64,000 nucleotides of DNA from an uncultured Flaviramulus sp. (lineage in GTDB: Bacteria > Bacteroidota > Bacteroidia > Flavobacteriales > Flavobacteriaceae). The stretch's first letter is position 1, and every line of letters begins with the position of its first letter. The notes below the pieces were generated by a model, which saw only the letters and a program-made list of their open reading frames with translations, had not been told where the DNA came from and ran no database searches. Positions 7,863 to 16,747 of this stretch are shown here, one piece after another. The translations under genes were made by a program, and so were the position numbers. The DNA lies in NCBI GenBank assembly GCA_947495125.1, contig CANLXL010000004.1:84322-148321 (forward strand). The letters run 5' to 3'.

Positions 7863-9313
7863 TGAGCAAGTATCATAATTTCATGCAAAAACCACTCTCG
7901 CGACGTGAGATGTTGGATATCTGTAAAGGAGGCTTTGGCTCACTCGCTTTTATGAGTTTGTTTGGAGTACTTCCCACGGCTTGTGGTCGATCAGGAAAAT
8001 CAATTTTAGACGCGAGTTCAAATCTTAACTTGGGACCGCACTATTTACCAAAGGCAAAAAATATTATTTTTCTTTATATGGACGGCGGGGTTTCACAAGT
8101 AGATTCTTTTGATCCGAAGCCAAGACTTACGAAAGAAAACGGGCAAGATCCCAGAAAAAAGTTTAAGGTTGATGCGACACAATTTGATAATGTAGGTAAG
8201 ATATTAAAAAGTCCGTGGGCGTTTAAACAATACGGAGACTGTGGCATGCCTGTTAGTGAGCTCTTTCCGCATATTGCTACATGTGTTGATGATATTGCTC
8301 TAATAAGATCCATGACATCACAATTTCCGGAGCATACCAATGCGAACTATTTTTTGCATACCGGTAGCGGACTTCAAGGCAGACCAAGTATGGGATCCTG
8401 GATGACTTATGGTTTAGGGAGCGAAAACAAAAACATACCGGGATATGTTGTTCTGGATGGTGGTTTAATACCCCCGGGAGGTTTAGATAATTTTAAAAAC
8501 GGGTTTTTACCTGCTTCCTATCAGGCATCTATTTTAAGAGCAGGAGACCACCCGATTGCCAATATTAAACCTAAAGAGAAAATTCAGAATTTACAAGAGC
8601 AAAAACTTGGTTTTATTAATCAACTGGATAAACAACAATTAGCAGAAATAGGAAAAGTCGATGCCGTGGAATCAGCCATTTCCAATTACGAATTGGCTTA
8701 TAAAATGCAATCTTCCATTCCGGAATTAACCGAATTTAAAGCAGAAACAAAAGCGACAAAAAAGTTATACGGTTTTGAATCTGATGATCCTCATACGCGC
8801 GGTTATGCGGCACAATGTTTATTGGCACGTAGGTTGGTAGAAAGAGGGGTTCGGTTTATAGAATTAACATGTCCTAAAGTAAGTGCTGACCGCTGGGATC
8901 AACATGGGAATTTAAAAGATGGACATGAAAGGAATGCACATGCCGTTGACCAACCAATAGCTGGCCTTTTAAAAGATTTAAAATCAAGAGGATTACTCGA
9001 AGAAACTTTGGTGGTTTGGACAGGAGAGTTTGGACGAACACCCTTTGCGCAAGGGACAAACGGACGTGATCATAACCCATCAGCAGGCAGCATGTGGATG
9101 GCGGGAGCAGGCATAAAAGGAGGTACCATATTTGGACGAACAGATGATTATGGATATAGAGTTATCGAAAATGAAGTTACGGTTCATGATATTCACGCCA
9201 CCATGATGCATTTAATGGGAATTAATCACGAACATTTAACCTTTCGTTTTGGAGGTCGTGATATGAGATTGACAGATGTACATGGACATATAATTAAAGA
9301 TATATTAGCTTAA
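7862..9313 (+). CDS. DUF1501 domain protein (sulfatase/alkaline-phosphatase-fold, Tat-exported)
   Basis: Twin-arginine motif (SRREMLDI), the hallmark MDGGVSQVDSFDPKP, and C-terminal GRDHN. It is the usual partner of DUF1549/DUF1553 proteins. Confidence 0.88.
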   Translation: MSKYHNFMQKPLSRREMLDICKGGFGSLAFMSLFGVLPTACGRSGKSILDASSNLNLGPHYLPKAKNIIFLYMDGGVSQVDSFDPKPRLTKENGQDPRKKFKVDATQFDNVGKILKSPWAFKQYGDCGMPVSELFPHIATCVDDIALIRSMTSQFPEHTNANYFLHTGSGLQGRPSMGSWMTYGLGSENKNIPGYVVLDGGLIPPGGLDNFKNGFLPASYQASILRAGDHPIANIKPKEKIQNLQEQKLGFINQLDKQQLAEIGKVDAVESAISNYELAYKMQSSIPELTEFKAETKATKKLYGFESDDPHTRGYAAQCLLARRLVERGVRFIELTCPKVSADRWDQHGNLKDGHERNAHAVDQPIAGLLKDLKSRGLLEETLVVWTGEFGRTPFAQGTNGRDHNPSAGSMWMAGAGIKGGTIFGRTDDYGYRVIENEVTVHDIHATMMHLMGINHEHLTFRFGGRDMRLTDVHGHIIKDILA

Positions 9314-9332
9314 AACAATAAAAACCAACAAA

Positions 9333-10256
9333 ATGAAAACAAATCCAATATTAAGACTAAGTCTTTTCCTTTTTCTAATCGCACCCTTATTTGTAATAGC
9401 TCAAAAGTCAGCATCGGGAATTAGTCATTCCTTTTTTATTGCCGGCCCACAATTTACCGGTATTATTGGTGAGTCCGGAGAAATTGTTTGGGATTCTAAA
9501 AAAAGAGGAGCAAGAGATGGGTATGTGCTTAAAAATGGAAATATTTTAATTTGTTGGGGAAATGAAGTTAGAGAATACAACAAGAAAAAAGAAATTGTTC
9601 TTAGCTATAAAAAATCTGAGAAGTCCATGGAATTGGGTACCGCGGTACGACTTTCCAACGGCCGCACTATGATTACCGAATCTGGCACAAAACCCAGGAT
9701 TGTTGAAATTAATAAAAAAGGGAAAGTCGTTAAAAGTACGCCGCTTCAACCAGAAACTGAGCGAACTCATATGCAAACTCGAATGGCAAGAAAATTAAAA
9801 AATGGAAATTACCTTGTTCCTCATCTATTGGCTTTTGCTGTTAAAGAATATGAACCAGATGGTACCGTAGTAAATACTTTTAGTACAGATTATAAAGAAT
9901 TTGGAGGACGTGATGCAAAAACTTGGCCTTTTACTGCAATTCGAACAAAAAACGGAAATACCTTAGTTACCTTAACCCAGGGAAATCGAGTAGTTGAATT
10001 GGATGCCGATGGAAAAATAATTTGGGAAATTGATAATTCTTTATTTGAGGAAAAGCCCTTGGTAGATCCTTGTGGAGCGCAAAGGTTACCCAATGGTAAT
10101 ACCGTAATTACAAGTTATGGTGCCAAGAAAGGAATTAAGATATTTGAAGTGAACCCGGATAAAAAAATTGTTTGGACTTATAATAATTATAAAGCACACC
10201 ATTTTCAAATATTAACAACGAATGGTAAACCCATTAAAGGAAAGCCACTTAAATAA
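9333..10256 (+). CDS. secreted beta-propeller-like repeat protein, function unknown
   Basis: Signal peptide (VIA|QKS). Recurring blade-like motifs: KNGNILI, SNGRTMIT, KNGNYLV, KNGNTLVT, PNGNTVIT. Confidence 0.75.
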   Translation: MKTNPILRLSLFLFLIAPLFVIAQKSASGISHSFFIAGPQFTGIIGESGEIVWDSKKRGARDGYVLKNGNILICWGNEVREYNKKKEIVLSYKKSEKSMELGTAVRLSNGRTMITESGTKPRIVEINKKGKVVKSTPLQPETERTHMQTRMARKLKNGNYLVPHLLAFAVKEYEPDGTVVNTFSTDYKEFGGRDAKTWPFTAIRTKNGNTLVTLTQGNRVVELDADGKIIWEIDNSLFEEKPLVDPCGAQRLPNGNTVITSYGAKKGIKIFEVNPDKKIVWTYNNYKAHHFQILTTNGKPIKGKPLK

Positions 10257-10262
10257 AAGTAA

Positions 10263-11660
10263 ATGGGTCTAAGTGTTTTACTTAATATTGATTCTGACGC
10301 TCCTTCTGATATCATTATGTTTTTTGGAAGAATTCATCCTTTGGTTGTTCATCTTCCCATTGGTTTTTTGTTATTGGCAGGACTTGCTGAAATTTCTACG
10401 AAATGGACAAAATTTCAGCCTGTAAAAGCGTTTACTCAATATTTATGGGGACTAGGCGTTATTAGCGCATTTTTCGCGGTATTATTCGGTTATTTTCTTT
10501 CGCTATCCGGTGATTATAATGAAGACACCTTATTCTGGCATAAATGGAGCGGAGTTGCCGTGCTTTTATTTTCTTTAGGCTGCTATTATATCTCTAAAAA
10601 ACAAATCAGAATCCCGTTTTATGGAAAATCAATACTTGTAACTATAGTCGTCTTTACAATTTTTTATACAGGCCATTTAGGAGGTAGTTTAACACACGGA
10701 TCGACTTATTTATTGGAATATGCCCCTAATCCAATTCGTCAATTGGCAGGTTTGCCAAAAAAGACCATGCCTCGTAAAAAGGTGACCGTTCTGGATTCTG
10801 CAGATGTTTATCTGGACTTGATTTCTCCTATAATGAATAATCGCTGTGCGAGTTGCCATAATTCAGATAAAAAGAAAGGCGATCTGGATTTAACGAATTT
10901 CTCGAATTTAATGAAAGGCGGGGAAAACGGAGATGTCATAATCCCCGGAGATATAAATTCAAGTGACCTTTTTAGACGCATTACACTGCCCGCTAATCAT
11001 GATGATTTTATGCCAACAGAAGGGAAGCGTCCATTAACTGATGATGAAGTCGCTCTTATTGGTTGGTGGATAAAAATGAACGCGCCTTCAAGTGGTTATT
11101 TTACTGCATTAAACCCTGACAAGGAAATGGCAGATAATGTTAACAGACAATTGGGACTAGATAAAAATAATTTCTTAAGGGAAACGGTTCAACCTCCAAA
11201 AAAAGAAATTATCGATTCATTAAGCAACCAAGGTTTTATTTTTAACTTACTTATGAAGGATAATTATTTTTTGGAAGCCAATTTTAGCTTGAGTGAAAAA
11301 GATCTTGCAATGGATAGTTTTGAATCACTTCTACAAATAAAAGATCAATTGATTTGGTTGAACATGAGTAATTCGAATGTCACCGATGAGAATCTTGAAA
11401 AAATAGGACAATTAGAAAATCTAATTAAACTTAATCTTAGTGGAAATAAAATTTCAGACAAGGGTTTAATACATCTGGAAAAACTACAAAGCTTAGAATC
11501 CCTAAACCTTTTTAGCACAGAGGTTTCCCATGGGCTTTTAGAAATAATCCCAAAACTTACTCATTTAAAAAGACTATATCTTTCAAACTCAAATGCAACT
11601 AATGAAATTGTTTCACAGCTACAAAGCGAGCACAAAAATTTAAAAATTATTTTTGATTAG
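10263..11660 (+). CDS. membrane-anchored c-type cytochrome (His-rich 4-TM module + PSCyt1 CxxCH domain) with C-terminal leucine-rich repeats
   Basis: TM module with HPLVVHLPIG, HKWSG and GHLGGSLTHG. Haem motif CASCHNSDKKKGDLDL. LRR-like C-terminus (LNLSGNKISDKGLIHLEKLQSLESLNLF...). The N-terminal 270 aa is paralogous to the start of the 38441 gene. Confidence 0.8.
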   Translation: MGLSVLLNIDSDAPSDIIMFFGRIHPLVVHLPIGFLLLAGLAEISTKWTKFQPVKAFTQYLWGLGVISAFFAVLFGYFLSLSGDYNEDTLFWHKWSGVAVLLFSLGCYYISKKQIRIPFYGKSILVTIVVFTIFYTGHLGGSLTHGSTYLLEYAPNPIRQLAGLPKKTMPRKKVTVLDSADVYLDLISPIMNNRCASCHNSDKKKGDLDLTNFSNLMKGGENGDVIIPGDINSSDLFRRITLPANHDDFMPTEGKRPLTDDEVALIGWWIKMNAPSSGYFTALNPDKEMADNVNRQLGLDKNNFLRETVQPPKKEIIDSLSNQGFIFNLLMKDNYFLEANFSLSEKDLAMDSFESLLQIKDQLIWLNMSNSNVTDENLEKIGQLENLIKLNLSGNKISDKGLIHLEKLQSLESLNLFSTEVSHGLLEIIPKLTHLKRLYLSNSNATNEIVSQLQSEHKNLKIIFD

Positions 11661-11686
11661 TAATAGGTGACAGTAATAAAAAAAAG

Positions 11687-12697
11687 ATGATTAAAATCGG
11701 AATTATTGGAATGGGAAGAATGGGAAAGATTCATCTTGAGAATCTTTCCAGAAAAATTGAAGGTGCTGAAGTGCTTGCCGTAGTCAATCCTGGAGATGAA
11801 GGACTGAAATACGCCTTAAAAGAAGGCGTTGAAAATGTTTCGGATAACGTAAATACTATTCTTGAGAATCCGGAAATAGATGCCGTAATAATAAGCTCAC
11901 CTAGTAGTACACATTCCGAATACGCCATACAATCCGCTAAAGCGGGAAAAGCAATATTTTGTGAGAAACCCATTGATATGTCTCTAGAAAAAGCAAATGA
12001 GACTATATCAATAATTTCGAGATTAAACGTTCCAATAATGATTGGATTTAATCAAAGATTTGATAAAAATTTTTCGAAGGTAAAAGATGAAATTTTTAAC
12101 GATAAAATTGGACGTTTACGCAATCTCCACATAATTAGTAGAGACCCTCATCCGCCTCCTGTTTCTTATATTAAAAAATCAGGTGGCCTGTTTAAAGACA
12201 TGACCATTCATGATTTTGATATGGCAAGATTTATTATGGGGTGTGAAGTCATTGAAGTTTTTGCTTATGGAAATTGTTTGATTGATTCTGCAATTGGCGA
12301 TGCCGGGGATATTGATAGTGCCACAGTTCTATTAAAGTTCGAAAATGGGGCTAGGGCGACTATAGAAAATAGTCGTGAAGCCAAATATGGCTATGATCAA
12401 CGTCTGGAAGTATTTGGTTCCAAAGGTGTCATAAAGGTTGAAAATCCTTTAAAAAGTGATTTAAGTATATTAACAGAAGCCGGAACAAGATCAGATCGTC
12501 ATTTGAATTTTTTCATGGATAGGTATGAATCCTCATACTTGGAAGAATTAAAGTGTTTTATGGATGCTCTTAATAACGGCAAACCAATGCCTGTTTCGGG
12601 AGAAGACGGGCTCAAAGCCATGATAATCGCCGAAGCCGCAAACAAATCTCTATTAGAAAATCGACCAGTAAAAATAAATAGTATCAAAATTAATTAG
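11687..12697 (+). CDS. iolG: Gfo/Idh/MocA oxidoreductase, inositol 2-dehydrogenase-like
   Basis: Rossmann start IGIIGMGRMG, FCEKP motif, and SRDPHPPPVSYIKKSGGLFKDMTIHDFDMARF, which closely resembles IdhA/IolG enzymes. No signal peptide. The substrate is not proven. Confidence 0.8.
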   Translation: MIKIGIIGMGRMGKIHLENLSRKIEGAEVLAVVNPGDEGLKYALKEGVENVSDNVNTILENPEIDAVIISSPSSTHSEYAIQSAKAGKAIFCEKPIDMSLEKANETISIISRLNVPIMIGFNQRFDKNFSKVKDEIFNDKIGRLRNLHIISRDPHPPPVSYIKKSGGLFKDMTIHDFDMARFIMGCEVIEVFAYGNCLIDSAIGDAGDIDSATVLLKFENGARATIENSREAKYGYDQRLEVFGSKGVIKVENPLKSDLSILTEAGTRSDRHLNFFMDRYESSYLEELKCFMDALNNGKPMPVSGEDGLKAMIIAEAANKSLLENRPVKINSIKIN

Positions 12698-12699
12698 TA

Positions 12700-13695
12700 A
12701 TGTATAGATCAAGTAAAGTTTTAATAATAGTTCTAGCCGTAATAGTTTTAATGTCATGCGGTAAGCAAAAAAGAGAAACACCAAGAACGTTTCAATCGGT
12801 TGGTAAGATTGAGAGACTTGACAAACAGCTAGATGACATTATTTCACCCAATGCCGTTATCGAAGTCCTTTCAACCGGTCATAAATGGTCAGAAGGGCCA
12901 ATATGGGTCAAAGAAGAACAAAAATTGGTGTATACTGATGTGAGAAATCAAAAAATATTTCAATGGACTGAAAAAGATAGTGTTACACTATATTTAGATA
13001 TGAAGGATCAAGGTGCAAATAAACCGGGACCAAGTGCGCTTCTGGTTGATAGAAATAAAAATTTATTCCTCTTGCAATATGGCCATGGACAAGTTATAAA
13101 AATGAATAGCCCATTAGATAGGCCTACGAATGATTTTAGTGTTTTTGTCGATAATTATAAGGGAATTCGATTTAATAATACCAACGATGCGGCCTTTCAT
13201 TCGAATGGAAATATGATCATGTCTGATCCACCACCGGTTGAGGAGGGTGGCCTAAAAGCTGCCGTTTATAGTATTACCCCCGAAGGGGAAGTAAGGATTG
13301 TAACCGATACACTTTCCAGTCCCAATGGAATCGCTTTTTCACCTGATGAGAAAACAGTTTATATAGCAAACGCAGATTGGAAACATGCGATTTGGATAGC
13401 TGCTGATGTCGATAAAAAAGGTCATATCTCGAACGGAAGACTTTTTTTCGATGCAACCGGAAATGCCCCAAAGGAAAAGGGGCACCCGGACGGATTAAAG
13501 GTTAATAAGAATGGCATTATATTCGCTACCGGCCCAGGGGGCGTTTATATATTAAACCCTGAAGGAAAGCATTTGGGAACCATTTTAAATAATGAGTTTA
13601 ATACCAATTGTGTTTTAGATGATAAGGAGGAAACCTTATATATTACTTCCGGGCCAAAACTAATGCGGGTAAAGTTGAAACCATCATTATTATGA
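12700..13695 (+). CDS. SMP-30/gluconolactonase/LRE-family lactonase, lipoprotein
   Basis: Lipobox (VLMSCGK). SEGPIW, SPNGIAFSPDEKTVY and PDGLKVNKNG motifs typical of six-bladed lactonases. Confidence 0.85.
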   Translation: MYRSSKVLIIVLAVIVLMSCGKQKRETPRTFQSVGKIERLDKQLDDIISPNAVIEVLSTGHKWSEGPIWVKEEQKLVYTDVRNQKIFQWTEKDSVTLYLDMKDQGANKPGPSALLVDRNKNLFLLQYGHGQVIKMNSPLDRPTNDFSVFVDNYKGIRFNNTNDAAFHSNGNMIMSDPPPVEEGGLKAAVYSITPEGEVRIVTDTLSSPNGIAFSPDEKTVYIANADWKHAIWIAADVDKKGHISNGRLFFDATGNAPKEKGHPDGLKVNKNGIIFATGPGGVYILNPEGKHLGTILNNEFNTNCVLDDKEETLYITSGPKLMRVKLKPSLL

Positions 13696-13897
13696 ATGAA
13701 TTACCTCGGTATTGGGAAATAATCATCTCAACTACGCCCTATTTATGAATACGACATAAAATCAGGAGTGTAAACCCTATAGATAACAAAACTATAATTG
13801 GTATCGCAATTTTATAAAATTTGGATTGTTTTTCGTAGGAAAGCTTCATCATTAAAAATGTTAGGTGTTTTGGGGTTATGTCTGTAATTTGGCAAAA

Positions 13898-15361
13898 TTA
13901 GTCTAATACGAACTTAAATCCGGTGGATATAATTCCGGCTTTTAATCCATCGCTCCTGTCGTAGCGGCTGTACTTTAAATCAAATGACTTAAGACCAAGG
14001 TTAAAGATTTTAAACTTTGTGAATATGTCTGTATACCTGAATCCTAAGCCATATTGATTGCTATTAAACTTAGATAAATCGTAATCGGATGTATAATATT
14101 GCTCCGTTGAAATATGCATTTCGTAAGGTGCAAAATAATCGGCGGCTGTTTGATTGTAAAAGCGGTAGGTTGGATATAACGTAAATTTACCCTGGGAAAA
14201 TTTCACAGGTAATTCAAGGCTCACCGTATGTGAATTAACGCCCCAATCGTCAAAATAGTAGCGATAATAAGTTCTTAATGATAATGTTTCATTTATATAA
14301 TAGTTGAATCGGGCACCAATGGGGATTTTAAAACGCGAATCCGGTAATCTTTCAATATCATCTGCCAATTGAAACACATCGGTATTACGTGTTGAAGTAT
14401 AATTAGGAATACTATTGGCATTACCAATATAATAGTTGGCACGATCGGCGAAATATACACGCTGCATGGGGTTTGCTAACCATCCTTTTTGTTGCACCAA
14501 ATCGAAAAACAGAGAAAACTGTGCGCGCTTACTCAGTATTTGAGAAAAACTAAGCGATATGGAATATGAGTTTCGTGATTTATCCTGAATTAAAGTGGTG
14601 TTTAAGGGAGACCAAACCAAGCCTCCGCTTTTATTTATGATATCACCGTTACTGTCCAATATATCAATACCATTAAAAAAGCCCTGGTTTAAGTTTTGTC
14701 CTGCTTCAAGGTACGAATCCAGTTCTGTGGGGTACTTGGGACTCCAGGAATCTAAATACACCTGTGCTTTTAAGCCAAACTCGGTATTCTTTTCGTTAAA
14801 TAGTCTTGTTAAACCGCCTCCAAAGCCAATGGATGTATAATCGTATTCGGTGGCAAAACCGGCATTGGCGTTCCAAATGGTATTTCTATCCTTCGAATTA
14901 TGACTATAACTCACATTGATACTTCCCCAGGTATCCTGACTGGACGCTCCTGAAGAAGCAACCCAGGGACTTCCCATCGGTTTTGTATTTGAATAATTTC
15001 CATCGTCGTCGTCGTCATCATCATCGCCTCCTCCTGAAGCACCACTGGAATCAAAGGGGTCCAAATTACTGGAAGAAGCAGACGTGTAGGTTGAAATCCC
15101 GGCATCTACGGTTAAAACATCATCGGCATTCAAAGGAATGGCCACTACAAAAGTTGGTGTGATATCGGTTAATTTTTCATTACCTATACCACCGGTTACC
15201 GAAGCATGATTGCCTTCTTGAGTGTAATAACTCATTAAAAAATCAACCTCTGTAGTTTCCAAAACACGTTTCTTGTAGGTTTTTGGTGAGCCTGTTGCTT
15301 TGGTTTGAGAATAACCGGAAAGGCAATAAAACAAGGACAATGTTACAATTATATATTTCAT
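13898..15361 (-). CDS. DUF3570-like predicted outer-membrane beta-barrel protein with a poly-Asp tract
   Basis: Signal peptide (GYS|QTK) and an alternating beta-strand pattern ending in an aromatic C-terminus (GFKFVLD). Contains D8 (GGGDDDDDDDDG). Sits in the conserved context with DUF4266 and ApbE. Confidence 0.8.
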   Translation of the reverse strand: MKYIIVTLSLFYCLSGYSQTKATGSPKTYKKRVLETTEVDFLMSYYTQEGNHASVTGGIGNEKLTDITPTFVVAIPLNADDVLTVDAGISTYTSASSSNLDPFDSSGASGGGDDDDDDDDGNYSNTKPMGSPWVASSGASSQDTWGSINVSYSHNSKDRNTIWNANAGFATEYDYTSIGFGGGLTRLFNEKNTEFGLKAQVYLDSWSPKYPTELDSYLEAGQNLNQGFFNGIDILDSNGDIINKSGGLVWSPLNTTLIQDKSRNSYSISLSFSQILSKRAQFSLFFDLVQQKGWLANPMQRVYFADRANYYIGNANSIPNYTSTRNTDVFQLADDIERLPDSRFKIPIGARFNYYINETLSLRTYYRYYFDDWGVNSHTVSLELPVKFSQGKFTLYPTYRFYNQTAADYFAPYEMHISTEQYYTSDYDLSKFNSNQYGLGFRYTDIFTKFKIFNLGLKSFDLKYSRYDRSDGLKAGIISTGFKFVLD

Positions 15362-15553
15362 TTATTTCTTTTAGTTTTTAAACATTCACAACCGCCTCGG
15401 CTTCACTGAGGGGAAGTTCAGTCATCACTTTTTGTTCAATTTCACTTGTAAAAATTGAGTTTCCCTTTGGTTGATAAGATCTCGCTCTGTAGCGCGATAA
15501 GTTCAACCGGACATTTTGAATTAGCTGGAAAGCTTTTTAAAATGACGCGTCAT

Positions 15554-15763
15554 TTAATTACAACCGCAGCCTCCACCTGTTTTCCCGCCGTTAGCACCAG
15601 ATGCCGCTTCCCGATACACTTGAAAATTAGTTTCAAACCGCTCAATGGACATGGACGATAATTTCATGTCGGGGTCATTAATATTTACTTTTTCGTATTC
15701 TTTTATTGCGACACACGAGCATATGTTCACGAGTATGATGATACCTAATACAATCTTTTTCAT
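15554..15763 (-). CDS. DUF4266-like small lipoprotein
   Basis: 69 aa, lipobox (VNICSC), Gly/Cys C-terminus GGKTGGGCGCN. Overlaps the ApbE stop by 4 nt. Confidence 0.75.
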   Translation of the reverse strand: MKKIVLGIIILVNICSCVAIKEYEKVNINDPDMKLSSMSIERFETNFQVYREAASGANGGKTGGGCGCN

Positions 15764-16746
15764 TTGTTATTTTTTATGTTGATGTTTTCCGAATAGAAGA
15801 CTTCTCCTTGATCATCCACGATGATGCAGTCAACCATTTTTAACTGATTTATAAAATCTAAACCCACTTCTTTTCCCATTACAAAAACAGAAGTAGCCAG
15901 GGCATCCGCCAATTCGGCACTTGCTGCAAATACACTAACACTAATTAAACCGTTGCTTGGGTATCCTGTTCTGGGATCTATAATGTGAGCATAGGTTTTT
16001 CCATTTAAGGTCACCCGCTTTTCATAGTTTCCGGAAGTGACTACCGCTTTATCATAAATCGGCAGAAGGGCAAAGACTTTATTTTTATTTAAGGGGTTTT
16101 TAATAGCAACATTCCAATTTTCACCATGGGTTTGTCTTCCCCAGGAATTCAAATCGCCGGAGGCATTTATAATCCCGGATTCAACACCATTACGTTTTAG
16201 AAGTTCCTTGGCTTTATCCGCCGCATAGCCTTTACCGATAGCACCAAACCCAATTTTCATACCTCTTAGTTTTAAAAAAACGCTGCTGTCCTTTTCGTTT
16301 AGAATAATATTCTTATATCCAACTTTAGATACAGCGTTTTTAATAGCCTCTTGCGAAGGTATTTGGTTCATACTGCCATCAAACCTCCAGATGTTATCCA
16401 TAGAGGCATAACTGATATCAAAGGCACCGTCGGTAAGCTTCGAAATGTGTTTGGCGCGTTGAATAAGTTGAAAAAGTTCGCCCTTAACTTTCACGGGTCG
16501 TATACCTGCATTGCTATTGATTAATGAGGTTTGCGAATTTTTATCCCATGAAGAGATTAAAGCTTCAATTCTTGAAATTTCAGCAACGGCCATATCGATA
16601 TACGAATTGGCCTCAGTTTTGTTTTTCGAAACCACGGTAATGTCAAATCGACTCCCCATCAACTTCAGCGTTCGCTTGTTGGTTTCTTGTGAGTTAATCC
16701 CTAAAAAACTTAAAAAAACACCATAAACCATGAAACGCCTTAGCAT
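15760..16746 (-). CDS. apbE: FAD:protein FMN transferase (ApbE family)
   Basis: Typical ApbE length and motifs (GAIGKGYAADKA, SGNYEK, HIIDPRTGYP) with a signal peptide. Confidence 0.9.
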   Translation of the reverse strand: MLRRFMVYGVFLSFLGINSQETNKRTLKLMGSRFDITVVSKNKTEANSYIDMAVAEISRIEALISSWDKNSQTSLINSNAGIRPVKVKGELFQLIQRAKHISKLTDGAFDISYASMDNIWRFDGSMNQIPSQEAIKNAVSKVGYKNIILNEKDSSVFLKLRGMKIGFGAIGKGYAADKAKELLKRNGVESGIINASGDLNSWGRQTHGENWNVAIKNPLNKNKVFALLPIYDKAVVTSGNYEKRVTLNGKTYAHIIDPRTGYPSNGLISVSVFAASAELADALATSVFVMGKEVGLDFINQLKMVDCIIVDDQGEVFYSENINIKNNK

Positions 16747-16747
16747 A

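Noticed and set aside
13739-13852. 37-aa hydrophobic minus-strand ORF (MMKLSYEKQSKFYKIAIPIIVLLSIGFTLLILCRIHK) between the lactonase and DUF3570 genes
   Set aside because: It is a short single-TM ORF of a kind that arises readily in AT-rich spacers. I found no promoter box or conservation evidence.
15540-15555. 16-bp perfect palindrome AAATGACGCGTCATTT at the DUF4266 stop codon
   Set aside because: It is a single occurrence with no loop, so it is not a good hairpin. There is no second copy or adjacent promoter. I cannot distinguish it from chance.
15455-15661. 68-aa plus-strand ORF spanning the DUF4266 3' end
   Set aside because: It overlaps the well-supported minus-strand DUF4266 gene in antisense, and nothing else supports it.
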